A stretch of DNA of 64,000 nt from Candidatus Thorarchaeota archaeon (GTDB lineage Archaea > Asgardarchaeota > Thorarchaeia > Thorarchaeales > Thorarchaeaceae), in assembly GCA_004524445.1 (NCBI GenBank), contig SDNP01000001.1:98460-162459 (forward strand), in the 5' to 3' direction. Shown piece by piece: positions 48,001-58,288 of the stretch. A model generated the notes under the pieces. The model was not told the DNA's origin. It saw nothing but the letters and a program-made list of their open reading frames with translations, and did not search any database. The translations under genes and the position numbers were made by a program. The first letter of the stretch is position 1. Every line of letters starts with the position of its first letter.

Positions 48001-50973
48001 CTATTTGATGGCATTCTGCTCTTCCAATCTGTTTCGCCAGATGAATAATGCTATTGCCACTTGAACAACTACCAACCCAACAAAAATCACACTCTCCAAT
48101 CTAAATAGCCACGCAAAGGGTTGTGGTCTCATTGTTATTATGAAACTATCTGAGTCAGAATGCCATGTTGTATCATAAACAATGAGCGTAACAGTGTATA
48201 TGCTAATTGGAACGTTCTCAATAACTTCGCTGATTGTACCTCCATGCCACTTCTTCTTAATGTGAAGCTCTTGGTTTAGATATAGCTCATAGTAGCTGGG
48301 ATTAGTATCATTGGTTTCCCAGATTATCCTTGATTTCATGCCGCTATCCTCCATGAAAACCTGATGGGATGCGATTTTTGGCATGAATTGAGTCATATTC
48401 TTGAGCTGCTTGGCATGCGGGTCGGTGTAATTTCCTAGGGGAATCAAATAGATAGATTCACCGTCATAATCGCTCCAGTAATTTCCCTTTCCTTCCTCAA
48501 ATACCCATCCTAAGTATCCAAATCCATACATCTGTGCATTCCGAGGATGATTCCATCCGAATCTATTCTCCCAAACGAAATTTCTCTCCCATTCATAGCC
48601 TGCGAAGTACTCCAAATGAAGCCCAAAATGCGAATTGTTCAGGACTTCATTGTCTATTATTTCATAATCTCCGGTTCTATACAAGTAGATTCCTGACTCT
48701 GCATTATAATCAATGAAGCAGGATGTGATATCGCAATTGTGGACATCATAGAAGGACACACCATTTCCTCGGTTATACGCAGCAGTGCTGTTCTTTACTA
48801 CGCAATTATCAGAGAAGGCAATCCGAATACCATCACCATCATTGTTACGAAACAGACAATCCTCTATGACACAACTGCTGCAACCGGAGAGTAATATCCC
48901 GCTGTCGCCCTGGTGTTCGCTAGTTACAGATCTAATAACGCAATTGGTACACTCCAAGAGCCGTACGCCAGATGCCACTTCAAACGAAAGATTGGCTATT
49001 GTCAGGTTACTGCATTTCGATAAGATGAGTTGTCCTGGATTCTCCAATTTGATCTTGATGTCTTCAATACCCCTCAGAACAACAAGCTGTTTCCCATTCA
49101 CTGTATTATCACTCACGATATCCCCTGTTTTAAGCGCGTCTGAGGTTTCGCCAACGAGTAATCCGCAGCCAGTAAAATTGTTGGAAAAAATGCCGTAGTT
49201 TGAGCACCGGTCAATTTTCATTCCGGCTCTGCTGTTGTTGATTAGAGTGTTATTACGTGCGATTATAACTTCAGAGTATATAGCTTCTAGTCCTATGTCA
49301 TTCCCCTCAAATGAATTACCGACTAGCCGGATCCCCGCTCCCTGTCCAACGTACACCCCACTTAGTCGATTGTTCTTGAACTCCGACTGGTTGACAGAAC
49401 AGTCACTACAACCATACATCAAGATCCCGATGGTCGTATTGAAGAAGCGCCCAAAACTCACATGCACTCTTCTGGAATTGACTATGAAAAGCTGTCCTAG
49501 ATTTGATGCATAGACCTCGATATCATCCTCGTCCATGATGACTCTCAGCAGCCTCCCATTTACCGTATTATTGTAAAAGGAAACTCTGCCCGGGTAGAGG
49601 TTCCAAAACCGGGCAAGTCCATCATTGACAAATTGATTGCTCATTACACGGGTTACATTCTCATGATATCTGTCAATGCTCATCGTTAATCCCCCATTCT
49701 GATTGTCCATAAACACATTAGCTGTGATATTTGTCCCCTGTCCCCTTGATCGAAGACCAACATTCTTGTGTGCTCTAATTGTGCAGTTGGTTACAGTACA
49801 CCCGTTCGAGGTCAAATAGATTCCATCTTCTCCCTCCTCCAGCATACTATCTTGGACTCTGCAATTTCTGCCGCCCTCAATGTAAATGTTGGCTGATGAG
49901 GAGTTCGTAAGTACACAGTTTTCAACAGTTACGTTTCTACATGACCTCAAAGAAAGCCCGTATCTACTAGCCCCTTGACATGTGATATTGGAAATGGACG
50001 AATCGTGACACCATAGTGCAGATACGCCACATGAAACATTTGTAAAATGACCGCCGCTGATAGTGACTTCGGAACAATTGAAGAGAATAATCTGTCCATA
50101 ATCTACTCCATCTATCTTCTTTGCTTCTTCGTCTTTAAAAAATCCAATGGGCTGCCCACCAACTGTATTGCCGTTCAAAGTCAACGAGTGACCAAAACCG
50201 ACCCAATGAGTGTATATTCCTCCATGCTCCATCTGATTGTTAGTAACTCTCACGTCATTGGCATATCTAAGATGTATTCCCTGTTCGCTATTCGATATGA
50301 TATTCTGTCTTATGGTGCTCTGTGAACAGTCAGAGCAATAAATGGGGATGCCTTGACAATAGGTTATGGTATTAGACGCAATATCAACGTCTTCGCTATT
50401 TACAGTACTGATTCCATCTGAAGTTGTATTGCTGACCGAGTTCCTACGAATCACAGTACCATCTGAATCCCAAACACGAATCGCAGTGCCCCAGCAGTTC
50501 TCGATCGTGTTGTTTTCAATAACAGCTCCATAGCAACTATCAATGTCAATGCCACCTCTCTTCCAGCTGATGGTGGTATTTACAACTGAGGCATGGATCG
50601 AGGCCTCAATGCTCACTCCACTATAGTTGTCCCAAATGTGAGTGGGGCTCGTAATGATGCAGTTTGCAATAACAAAATGATATGAAACCTCTTCGATGAA
50701 TATCCCGATGGTCAGTGACGATATCAGCAACCCAGAAATTCGAAATGGGTCAATCTTAGTACCACTGCCGGGAAATCCTGCATGCTCCATCTGATAATCA
50801 CCGAAAATCCTGATGTTATCAGAGGGAACGTAGCTCCAATTTTGTGAAAGAGATGTGGATGCGTGTCGTGAGGATGATACGTTAGGTAAATCTGCTACGG
50901 GAGGTGATATTGCGGAAGACATTAGGATTAGTAGTATACTCATTGTAAGATATGAGGCATTCCTATCGTTCAT
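48001..50973 (-). CDS. large membrane-anchored parallel beta-helix (NosD/CASH-like) surface protein
   Basis: signal peptide, GFPGSGT..DPF.I, many N/G-I-x-L repeats, GNYWSDY, C-terminal TM. Confidence 0.85.
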   Translation of the reverse strand: MNDRNASYLTMSILLILMSSAISPPVADLPNVSSSRHASTSLSQNWSYVPSDNIRIFGDYQMEHAGFPGSGTKIDPFRISGLLISSLTIGIFIEEVSYHFVIANCIITSPTHIWDNYSGVSIEASIHASVVNTTISWKRGGIDIDSCYGAVIENNTIENCWGTAIRVWDSDGTVIRRNSVSNTTSDGISTVNSEDVDIASNTITYCQGIPIYCSDCSQSTIRQNIISNSEQGIHLRYANDVRVTNNQMEHGGIYTHWVGFGHSLTLNGNTVGGQPIGFFKDEEAKKIDGVDYGQIILFNCSEVTISGGHFTNVSCGVSALWCHDSSISNITCQGASRYGLSLRSCRNVTVENCVLTNSSSANIYIEGGRNCRVQDSMLEEGEDGIYLTSNGCTVTNCTIRAHKNVGLRSRGQGTNITANVFMDNQNGGLTMSIDRYHENVTRVMSNQFVNDGLARFWNLYPGRVSFYNNTVNGRLLRVIMDEDDIEVYASNLGQLFIVNSRRVHVSFGRFFNTTIGILMYGCSDCSVNQSEFKNNRLSGVYVGQGAGIRLVGNSFEGNDIGLEAIYSEVIIARNNTLINNSRAGMKIDRCSNYGIFSNNFTGCGLLVGETSDALKTGDIVSDNTVNGKQLVVLRGIEDIKIKLENPGQLILSKCSNLTIANLSFEVASGVRLLECTNCVIRSVTSEHQGDSGILLSGCSSCVIEDCLFRNNDGDGIRIAFSDNCVVKNSTAAYNRGNGVSFYDVHNCDITSCFIDYNAESGIYLYRTGDYEIIDNEVLNNSHFGLHLEYFAGYEWERNFVWENRFGWNHPRNAQMYGFGYLGWVFEEGKGNYWSDYDGESIYLIPLGNYTDPHAKQLKNMTQFMPKIASHQVFMEDSGMKSRIIWETNDTNPSYYELYLNQELHIKKKWHGGTISEVIENVPISIYTVTLIVYDTTWHSDSDSFIITMRPQPFAWLFRLESVIFVGLVVVQVAIALFIWRNRLEEQNAIK

Positions 50974-51201
50974 TGCCCTACCTCAAATGTGCACTCAAAT
51001 GATATAAGTCATAATATGCCTTTTAATGGTCAATCAATTATCATCGGGAAACTCTCTGATGCAATGAATTCGTGACATTGCACAAAGAAGCGCCACCCCT
51101 ACGTTCATACAATCCCAACAAATGCTTCTCTGAACCTTGACCATTAGCTTTAAAGGCTCTCTGCAAATCGAGCACAAAAACCTGCAGGAGATATCGGGTC
51201 T

Positions 51202-52704
51202 TTGCCATCAATGTTCCTGAAAGCATTATCACCATTTGTTCGTGTTATGCCGGAAGTCAAGGCTCCGGATAGAGAGGTGTCCTTCCGAGAAAAGGCGATC
51301 TGGACTATCGTGGTCTTGATTATCTTCTTGGTCATGTCACACCTACCATTGTATGGAGTTGACAGACAGGCCGGCACAGACTATCTTTGGGCCATGCGAG
51401 TAATTCTTGCTAGCACACGAGGTACCTTGATGGAGCTAGGTATCGGACCTATAGTTACTGCAGGACTAGTAATGCAGCTCCTCTCAGGCTCAAAAATCAT
51501 AGATGTGGATTATTCAAATCCAGAAGACCGTGCAAACTTCACTGGCGGCCAGAAAGTCTTAGCCATGTTCATGACTGCATTCCAGGCCATCGCTTATATT
51601 CTCGGTAATGCATATGGTGAACTGGATCCTACACAAGCTGTCATCGTGTTCATGCAGCTCTTCTTTGCTGGAATCATAGTGATTCTTATGGATGAACTTG
51701 TCCAGAAGGGCTGGGGCCTGGGTTCTGGAGTCTCCCTCTTCATCATGACAAACGTGGCTGGTCAAGTCATGTTCAGCATGCTCAATATCGTAGAGGTTGA
51801 AACCGTTGCACCTGTGGGATACCCCCGGGACGCAACCAATCTACCAAAGGGTATCGTCGCAGCCATGATCTCAAATCTGCTGCGCGTCTTTGGTGTTGGC
51901 TCAGAACAGTATCCAGCAGTTGATGCAGCCTGGCTCTTTGTTAGAAATGGAGTCGACCCCGGGATTGTTTCGCTCATCATCACCTTCGTCATTTTTGGTG
52001 GTGTCCTCTGGCTGGAATCGGTCAGAGTGGAAATACCGTTGCAGTATGCACGATATAGAGGAATGAAGGCGAAATATCCGATAAAGCTGCTTTATACATC
52101 AAACATCCCAGTGATTTTGGCCCAAGCACTCTATGCCAACATCATCTTCTTTGGCCAAATAATCAGCAATAACTTCAATCGCAATGGCACGAATGTCTTC
52201 CTCAATCTCTTCCCTGGATACTACGAGAACGTCGAGGGGCGAATGGTAGCCACGGAGGGCTTTGCCAAGTATATCACGCCTCCGCAAGGCATCTTCAGCC
52301 TCCTCAATGAGGGAATGGAGGGCATACTACATATCGCCTTCTACGCCGTGCTTATGGTCGTGCTCTGTTGGGGCTTTGCAAAAATTTGGGTAGATATCTC
52401 AGGTATAGCCCCTAGAGATGTATCACGCCAGCTGTTGAGCTCCGGGTATATTGTTCCTGGATTCCGCAGAAGCGAAAAGGTTCTGGAGCGGTTACTGTCT
52501 CGATACATTCCAGTAGTGGCTGGTTTGGGCGGCTTCCTCATCGGAGTGCTAGCGGCCTCAGCGGACGTACTCGGTGCGCTGGCGAGTGGAACTGGTATCC
52601 TGCTGATGGTGTCAATCATCAAGCAATACTACGAGCAGATTGCCAAGGCGCAGTTGTCCGAGATGGGTGGAGAAGGCATGGCTGGCCTCCTAGACATCTT
52701 CTAG
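51202..52704 (+). CDS. secY: protein translocase subunit SecY/Sec61-alpha
   Basis: GTLMELGIGPIVTAG, DEL..KGWGLGSG.SLFI, YPIKLLYTSNIP and GTGILL. Confidence 0.97.
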   Translation: MPSMFLKALSPFVRVMPEVKAPDREVSFREKAIWTIVVLIIFLVMSHLPLYGVDRQAGTDYLWAMRVILASTRGTLMELGIGPIVTAGLVMQLLSGSKIIDVDYSNPEDRANFTGGQKVLAMFMTAFQAIAYILGNAYGELDPTQAVIVFMQLFFAGIIVILMDELVQKGWGLGSGVSLFIMTNVAGQVMFSMLNIVEVETVAPVGYPRDATNLPKGIVAAMISNLLRVFGVGSEQYPAVDAAWLFVRNGVDPGIVSLIITFVIFGGVLWLESVRVEIPLQYARYRGMKAKYPIKLLYTSNIPVILAQALYANIIFFGQIISNNFNRNGTNVFLNLFPGYYENVEGRMVATEGFAKYITPPQGIFSLLNEGMEGILHIAFYAVLMVVLCWGFAKIWVDISGIAPRDVSRQLLSSGYIVPGFRRSEKVLERLLSRYIPVVAGLGGFLIGVLAASADVLGALASGTGILLMVSIIKQYYEQIAKAQLSEMGGEGMAGLLDIF

Positions 52705-52712
52705 AACATCGA

Positions 52713-52745
52713 AGGGCCCTCCTCGGGGCCCTCATGCCCTTTTTT
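52713..52745 (+). terminator. terminator after secY
   Basis: AGGGCCCT-CCTC-GGGGCCCT hairpin followed by a T tract. Confidence 0.65.
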
Positions 52746-52800
52746 CGACAAGCATTGTTTAACGAAAAATGGGACATCATTTGTTTGGTTATTCTGGCAG

Positions 52801-53991
52801 CTAAATCTGTCTGCCAAACCATTTATTCTGGCTCTTATCTTCCAACGTATCAGCACCGAGGTACTCCATGAATCTCTCCAGCTCTTCTCCAAATGCCTCT
52901 GAGAATGCAGCGTCTTCTGAGATGTCATTGAATAGATGGAGGCTCCGCACCTCCAAAGTCTTGTCTTCTCCTCGAAAACGCGGCTCTATTAGACCAACAT
53001 AATCCCCATCATAAAGAATTGGTAAGCAATAATAGCCGTAAATCCGGTCCTCCTTTTTCTTGTAAACTTCCCAAACATACTCATGACCATAGATGGTTTC
53101 GAACAGTGATCGATTCCATAGAAGGGGATCCAATGGGGCCAAAAAGCGAGCATTGGAGTTAGCGATCTCCGCCAAATCGTCCCATAGTGGCTGGTCTTCT
53201 GTTGGGTAATAGAGGTCGCCCCTCCACCCCTCTACTTTCACAGTAGATATTCGTCCCTCCTCCGCCAATGTGTTCAATACATGTCGCACGTCACGTACCT
53301 TCCCGATTTCGTTCCACTGTTCGGGCGCCTTGGATGGTGAAACCAGCCGTGAGGCTCTAACAATAAGGTCAGCAATCTCGACCAATGCATCTTCTTTGTT
53401 GGGAGCTGGCATATTCAGATACTTCTCAGGGATGATGGTGTCGGGGAGTGCATAGTACCTCGTTCTTCGCTGTCGATGGTGAACCATCACTTCTCCTGAG
53501 ACCCATAATCTGGTAAGCAGTGTGTTCGCAGCATTTGCAATTTGTCCCCATCCCCATTCGATCTTACCCATGTCTTTCAGGTCTCTCGAACAGATTGGCC
53601 CCTTCTCAACCGTCTTCATTATGACAGCGATTTCCGATTTGTATTTGTCAAAGAAGGAATTGTATTGTTCATGACGCCTATTCATCTTGCATTTGAACAG
53701 GGGGTACTTGTCTAACGGCAAAATTGACATCATTTTGCAGAAATACTCGAATAACTCTCTCTTCTCGTAGAGTAAGTTTTCCAAGTGGTGACGCCGATAA
53801 TTCTCAACTCGACTGAATAGGGTAAGGTCCTGATTGCAGCCCGCTACATCAATCGAGTCTACCTGCACGCATGGCTGTCTTTGAAAGAATTGCATGACTC
53901 CTTCACACCCTTTTGATAGGGATTGAAAACCATGTGCCTTCCACAATATACGACGAACTTCTTCCTTGCTCTTTTCGGGTTTCATCGACAT
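52801..53991 (-). CDS. YcaQ/AlkZ (HTH_42) family DNA glycosylase
   Basis: QVDSIDV...L.LFSR, LAPLDPLLW.R and WEVY....R.YGYY.LPIL. Confidence 0.88.
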   Translation of the reverse strand: MSMKPEKSKEEVRRILWKAHGFQSLSKGCEGVMQFFQRQPCVQVDSIDVAGCNQDLTLFSRVENYRRHHLENLLYEKRELFEYFCKMMSILPLDKYPLFKCKMNRRHEQYNSFFDKYKSEIAVIMKTVEKGPICSRDLKDMGKIEWGWGQIANAANTLLTRLWVSGEVMVHHRQRRTRYYALPDTIIPEKYLNMPAPNKEDALVEIADLIVRASRLVSPSKAPEQWNEIGKVRDVRHVLNTLAEEGRISTVKVEGWRGDLYYPTEDQPLWDDLAEIANSNARFLAPLDPLLWNRSLFETIYGHEYVWEVYKKKEDRIYGYYCLPILYDGDYVGLIEPRFRGEDKTLEVRSLHLFNDISEDAAFSEAFGEELERFMEYLGADTLEDKSQNKWFGRQI

Positions 53992-54107
53992 TGCCGTCTA
54001 TTCTCTTCTTAACAACCTTCTGCTCAGAGAAAACAAACCGCAGCAGAAACCCACATAACAACTACTTTTTCTGTATCTGCGTCTATCTCTGAAAGGAGGC
54101 AAATCTT

Positions 54108-54371
54108 GTGACTACCGAGGAACTGATTCAACGCGCTATCAAGGAATTCAATGAGTATAGGGTTCCTGAAATCGAAGCCAAGTTGAAGAAGCATCAGGAG
54201 GGTTCATTCGTTATCGAGTTCACAGGGACCTTCTGTCAGACATGTGGGTTCTATGATTATTTTGAAGACCTCCGATTGCTTTTAGAGAACGACTTTGGAG
54301 TCAGGACGCGCATAAAACACATTGAGGAAATAACTACAGGTGCAGATGTAGAATTTGAATTTTTGTTCTGA
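54108..54371 (+). CDS. small archaeal CxxC protein
   Basis: EFNEYR.PE...F.G.FCQTCGFYDYFED; GGAGG RBS. Confidence 0.75.
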   Translation: MTTEELIQRAIKEFNEYRVPEIEAKLKKHQEGSFVIEFTGTFCQTCGFYDYFEDLRLLLENDFGVRTRIKHIEEITTGADVEFEFLF

Positions 54372-54508
54372 ACAAGAAGACTGACATGGTCTTCTTTGTG
54401 GGGCTAAACCCTTCACTGTTAGACCGTCAATCCACCATATGATCTGAAAAGCATAAAAGGCGAGAAATGAAAGCAGTACCGAATAGCGTCCTGAGTGTTG
54501 GTATCAAT

Positions 54509-54631
54509 ATGTCACATTATGAGTTTGTAGTTCCAAGAGGTTCCCCGGCCCGCAATTGGTGCTGCATTGCTATAGGAGTTCTTGGAATTATACTCTTCAT
54601 TGCCGGCGGACTAGCATACTATTTCACATAA
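54509..54631 (+). CDS. putative 40-aa single-TM protein (not in the ORF track)
   Basis: MSHYEFVVPRGSPARNWCCIAIGVLGIILFIAGGLAYYFT. Confidence 0.5.
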   Translation: MSHYEFVVPRGSPARNWCCIAIGVLGIILFIAGGLAYYFT

Positions 54632-54645
54632 ACTCTATAGATATG

Positions 54646-55191
54646 CTATTTGAACCGGTTCTCAGCATCCTCAACGATGTCTTTGTACAGCACGTGAATG
54701 AAATTCTTATCGAACTCATATTCTTCCTCCAACATTTCCTGCTCCTCTTGTTCGTCAAGATACTGCATTGATGCTGGAAAGAAGTCTTTGTCTTCCTTCT
54801 CAATATGCTGAGGATAGAATGTCACCAGTTCTCCCATCATCTTGATGATACGATCGACGGCACCATCAACTCCCCTCACATAATCTTCCTTTGCCTTCAC
54901 CAACTTCCCCGTAGTATCTCTCGCCCATTCATGTTCAACTATGAGCTCTTTCATGACTTTATCATCATGTTCTCGCATATCTACCGATTTCAGGTCCCGA
55001 AAGAGAATATCCTCCTCTTTCCCATGATGACATCTGTCTGCATAATTACGAATGAAGCCAACGGCTGTCTCAATGAATGCCGGGTCCGGTTCTCCACCCT
55101 TCTCAAGTCGTTTCATCTCATTATCCATAACAGAAATCATGCGTTCAATCAGTCTATGCTCTATCATCAATGGTCCAACAGGCTTCACCAT
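54646..55191 (-). CDS. hemerythrin-domain protein
   Basis: LMIEHRLIER, HHGKEEDILF, EHE and HIEKED; ATG at 55191 is the likely start. Confidence 0.9.
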   Translation of the reverse strand: MVKPVGPLMIEHRLIERMISVMDNEMKRLEKGGEPDPAFIETAVGFIRNYADRCHHGKEEDILFRDLKSVDMREHDDKVMKELIVEHEWARDTTGKLVKAKEDYVRGVDGAVDRIIKMMGELVTFYPQHIEKEDKDFFPASMQYLDEQEEQEMLEEEYEFDKNFIHVLYKDIVEDAENRFK

Positions 55192-55287
55192 ATCACATCG
55201 CCTATTTACTATAGTTAATACGGGTATATAAGGATAAGCCAGGCCCGAGAAGATGCATTTAATTGTTTCAATTTTCATCGATAAACT

Positions 55288-56124
55288 GTGAATCCTATAT
55301 CCGTAACCACAGCCCCTCTAAACATCCTTATTGGCGAAGACTATCACAATGTGAGGGCAACACTGGACCTTGCCAAGGAGATCTGGAATGCATCTGCAGT
55401 GGATGGATTTGAGTTCCAGTATCTTGCTGAGTGGGATGCTAGTACATCTCCACGGGATGACAAGACAAAATCCCACAGAAGGACTGCGTGGGAAACAAGT
55501 GAAAAACACACTGAGCGGGAAATTGCAGAGCTTATTTTGAAGTCAGGTGTCCCAATCATCTCAGTTCACGGTAATCGAGACATCGGCATCTGTCTTTGTT
55601 CGGAAGAAGAATCAGAGCAAGAGATTGGAAATGACATGCTCGATGATACATTTCTGTTGGCAGATTCAATAGGAGCAAATCTGGTTGTTTTTCATCTATG
55701 GGATACATGGAAGGATTCTTTCAACCTGAAGTATCTTCAAGAGGCCTTGGCGAAAGCATCCCAGAGATTTCCAAATGTGATTCCAACGGTAGAAAATGTC
55801 CCTACTCATCTCAAAGGGCATACTCCCTTTGACTTGGTGAGTGTGTTTGAGTTTGTGACACTTGACCTTCGATGGGCAGCGATGTATGATGAATTTGAGA
55901 AATTCAGCGAAATAGCAGATAAAATCGCAAATGTCCACATTCGTGCCTCGCTAATCGACAGAAAATGGAGCATGATGGATTCACCGTTCACAATAGAAGA
56001 TGCCCTCAACAAGATCTGCATAGACTGGGGTTATACTGGTCCCCTGACTGTGGAACCAGAAGGAGGACTACGGCAGGCCTCTCTGAGTGATTTCAATGAG
56101 GCTTTCAAGACATTACGAAGATAG
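55288..56124 (+). CDS. xylose-isomerase-like/AP endonuclease 2 TIM-barrel protein
   Basis: SVH, VFH, TVENVP, TLD, NVH and LTVEP motifs. Confidence 0.75.
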   Translation: MNPISVTTAPLNILIGEDYHNVRATLDLAKEIWNASAVDGFEFQYLAEWDASTSPRDDKTKSHRRTAWETSEKHTEREIAELILKSGVPIISVHGNRDIGICLCSEEESEQEIGNDMLDDTFLLADSIGANLVVFHLWDTWKDSFNLKYLQEALAKASQRFPNVIPTVENVPTHLKGHTPFDLVSVFEFVTLDLRWAAMYDEFEKFSEIADKIANVHIRASLIDRKWSMMDSPFTIEDALNKICIDWGYTGPLTVEPEGGLRQASLSDFNEAFKTLRR

Positions 56125-56286
56125 CTTTTGAATGCATCCAAATTCAATCATTGTTTCAGACTCCACATATCTCTCGAAGCATTCTGGACTCGAAAATGCA
56201 CTTCCTCTATACAGAAAATGCTTTTCATATACAAAGCTGACTTTAGCAGAGCCCACTTTGAATAGATAGTATAGGGTGGAGATGCA

Positions 56287-57339
56287 TTGATCCCGGAAGG
56301 ACAAGAATCCAAATCAGAAAACGGAAATACGAGCAAGAATTCAACGATATATAGTGTACAGAAACCTAGCGCTAGTGCTTTGTTAGGTTACATATCCGCT
56401 GCCATGATTATGAGCTTGGGTTATTCTCTGATTATAATCGATTTTGCAGACACGCTGTTATTACCTGACCAGGCAACCTTTTCCTTCCTTCTTGAGGAGC
56501 AAATTTGGGGTCTCATCGTTCCCAATCTTCTCATGATCATTATTGCCCCCATAGTCTGGTTAAAGGTCTCTGGAGCAGTTCTTGCATTTCGGAGCTATTC
56601 CGACCACTATATAGAGGCTGAGACCAACGTCACAGACCTAAATGATATTTGGAGCGTATTCAAGAACAAGATCCTCTCCGGAATTTCCGCGAATATTGGT
56701 TTCACATTTATCATCGCATATCTCATTTACTTCTTCTTGCCAGAAGACCTTACAGGTAATGATGCCCTCTTTCTCTCGATTATGGTTATGCAGCTGGTGC
56801 CTCTGGTCATATCAGTACTAGTTCCAGTAAATTGGGTTCTCAATGACTCTCTTATCAGATATGAAGATGAAAAAGGCCTGGTCCACGATGTGGGAGAAGA
56901 TATGAATAAGGGACTTTTGAGGAAGTTCATTGGAATAGGCGGTTTGATCCTCGGACTTGATGTGTGCTATCAGCTTGCATTCAACTCGGAGTTTACATTC
57001 ATACTCAATTGGTACATAACAGGAATCTATTTCGTCTTCTTCTTCATTCTACTCAGCAGTGGCACTATCGTTCTTATATCGCTAATCTATCTCTCACAAT
57101 TTCATGAATCAGGTGTCAATTTTCTTAGAGCTAGGTTGGCAAAGGAATTACCAGTGGCTAGGACAATTGTTGACTACAATCTCCCTTCTGCTATCAAAGA
57201 AGGGATGGTTTCTATTGGAGAGAAACAGGCTGGAACACGAAATGCCGCCTTCATTGTGCTGATTATAGCTGCATTAATCATCTTGGCCCTCTGTGAATAC
57301 TACATCTTGTTTGAAATAGGTCCGTTTACATTGATGTAA
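56287..57339 (+). CDS. multi-pass membrane protein of unknown function
   Basis: 350-aa ORF with about 7 hydrophobic segments. Confidence 0.7.
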   Translation: MIPEGQESKSENGNTSKNSTIYSVQKPSASALLGYISAAMIMSLGYSLIIIDFADTLLLPDQATFSFLLEEQIWGLIVPNLLMIIIAPIVWLKVSGAVLAFRSYSDHYIEAETNVTDLNDIWSVFKNKILSGISANIGFTFIIAYLIYFFLPEDLTGNDALFLSIMVMQLVPLVISVLVPVNWVLNDSLIRYEDEKGLVHDVGEDMNKGLLRKFIGIGGLILGLDVCYQLAFNSEFTFILNWYITGIYFVFFFILLSSGTIVLISLIYLSQFHESGVNFLRARLAKELPVARTIVDYNLPSAIKEGMVSIGEKQAGTRNAAFIVLIIAALIILALCEYYILFEIGPFTLM

Positions 57340-57570
57340 TCTTTCGCAGGCTCAAATCATAGAAACCCGTATCCGTTTCTTCCTGAAAGGATGTCCTTCC
57401 CATTTTGATGATAGACAAATATCATCCCTTAAGAAAATCTTTGGAGTACTGAGCAAATGAGAGCCTACGACAAAAGGCGCAATACCCCTTCCGAGTTTCG
57501 TATTTGTCCTAACACCCTGTCCATGATTGTTTTATATGATTCATGTGAACTAACAAGTCGGGATTGAATC

Positions 57571-58191
57571 ATGGCACCGATTCGGAGAGCAGTTGCAGGC
57601 ATTCTTGCTCTGATTTGCTTTCTCATGGGTTCAGCTTACTTTTTTTTCCCCTTCGTTAAGTCGCTTGAACTAAGTTCAGCAGACTGGATTGGCTATCTGT
57701 ATCTAGCCATCGGTGCATATGGCTTAGTCATAGCCATCATGATATTAAGAAAGCCCGCTGTCAAAAAACGACGGAGAAAGAGAAAGTCCCGACGAAAAAC
57801 TCGCATTGTTGCAATAGACGATGAAGAGGACATTCTTAGGCTATTGAGGATCAAGCTCTCAAGAGAGGGGTATCGTGTTATAACCGCAAGTGACGGTAAT
57901 GAAGGCGTAGAAACAGTCCTCGATAAGAACCCTGATGTCATGTTAGTTGATATCATGATGCCCGGAAAAGATGGATTTGAAGTCGTGACTGAGGTAAAGC
58001 GGAGAATGGGCAAGAAATCTCCCGTAATCATAATGCTGTCGTCCAAATCCACAGAGAAAGATATCATGCATGGTCTCTCTGTTGGAGCGGATGATTACGT
58101 AACAAAACCCTTTAGCCCAACTGAACTTATAGAGCGTATCAATATCGCGCTGCTTAAGCAAAAAGCCGTTAAAAAGACAGAAAAGGATTAA
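57571..58191 (+). CDS. membrane-anchored response-regulator receiver protein
   Basis: two N-terminal TMs, poly-basic linker, IDDE, DIMMPGKDG, LSS and DDYVTKPF. Confidence 0.88.
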   Translation: MAPIRRAVAGILALICFLMGSAYFFFPFVKSLELSSADWIGYLYLAIGAYGLVIAIMILRKPAVKKRRRKRKSRRKTRIVAIDDEEDILRLLRIKLSREGYRVITASDGNEGVETVLDKNPDVMLVDIMMPGKDGFEVVTEVKRRMGKKSPVIIMLSSKSTEKDIMHGLSVGADDYVTKPFSPTELIERINIALLKQKAVKKTEKD

Positions 58192-58288
58192 CAATCTATC
58201 CCTCGATGGGGGGCAGAAAAAGGCCGGCATCATTGGTGATAGACAACCGGATTTTGTGTTCTATTGAGACTAGGTGTGGGATTGAAGG

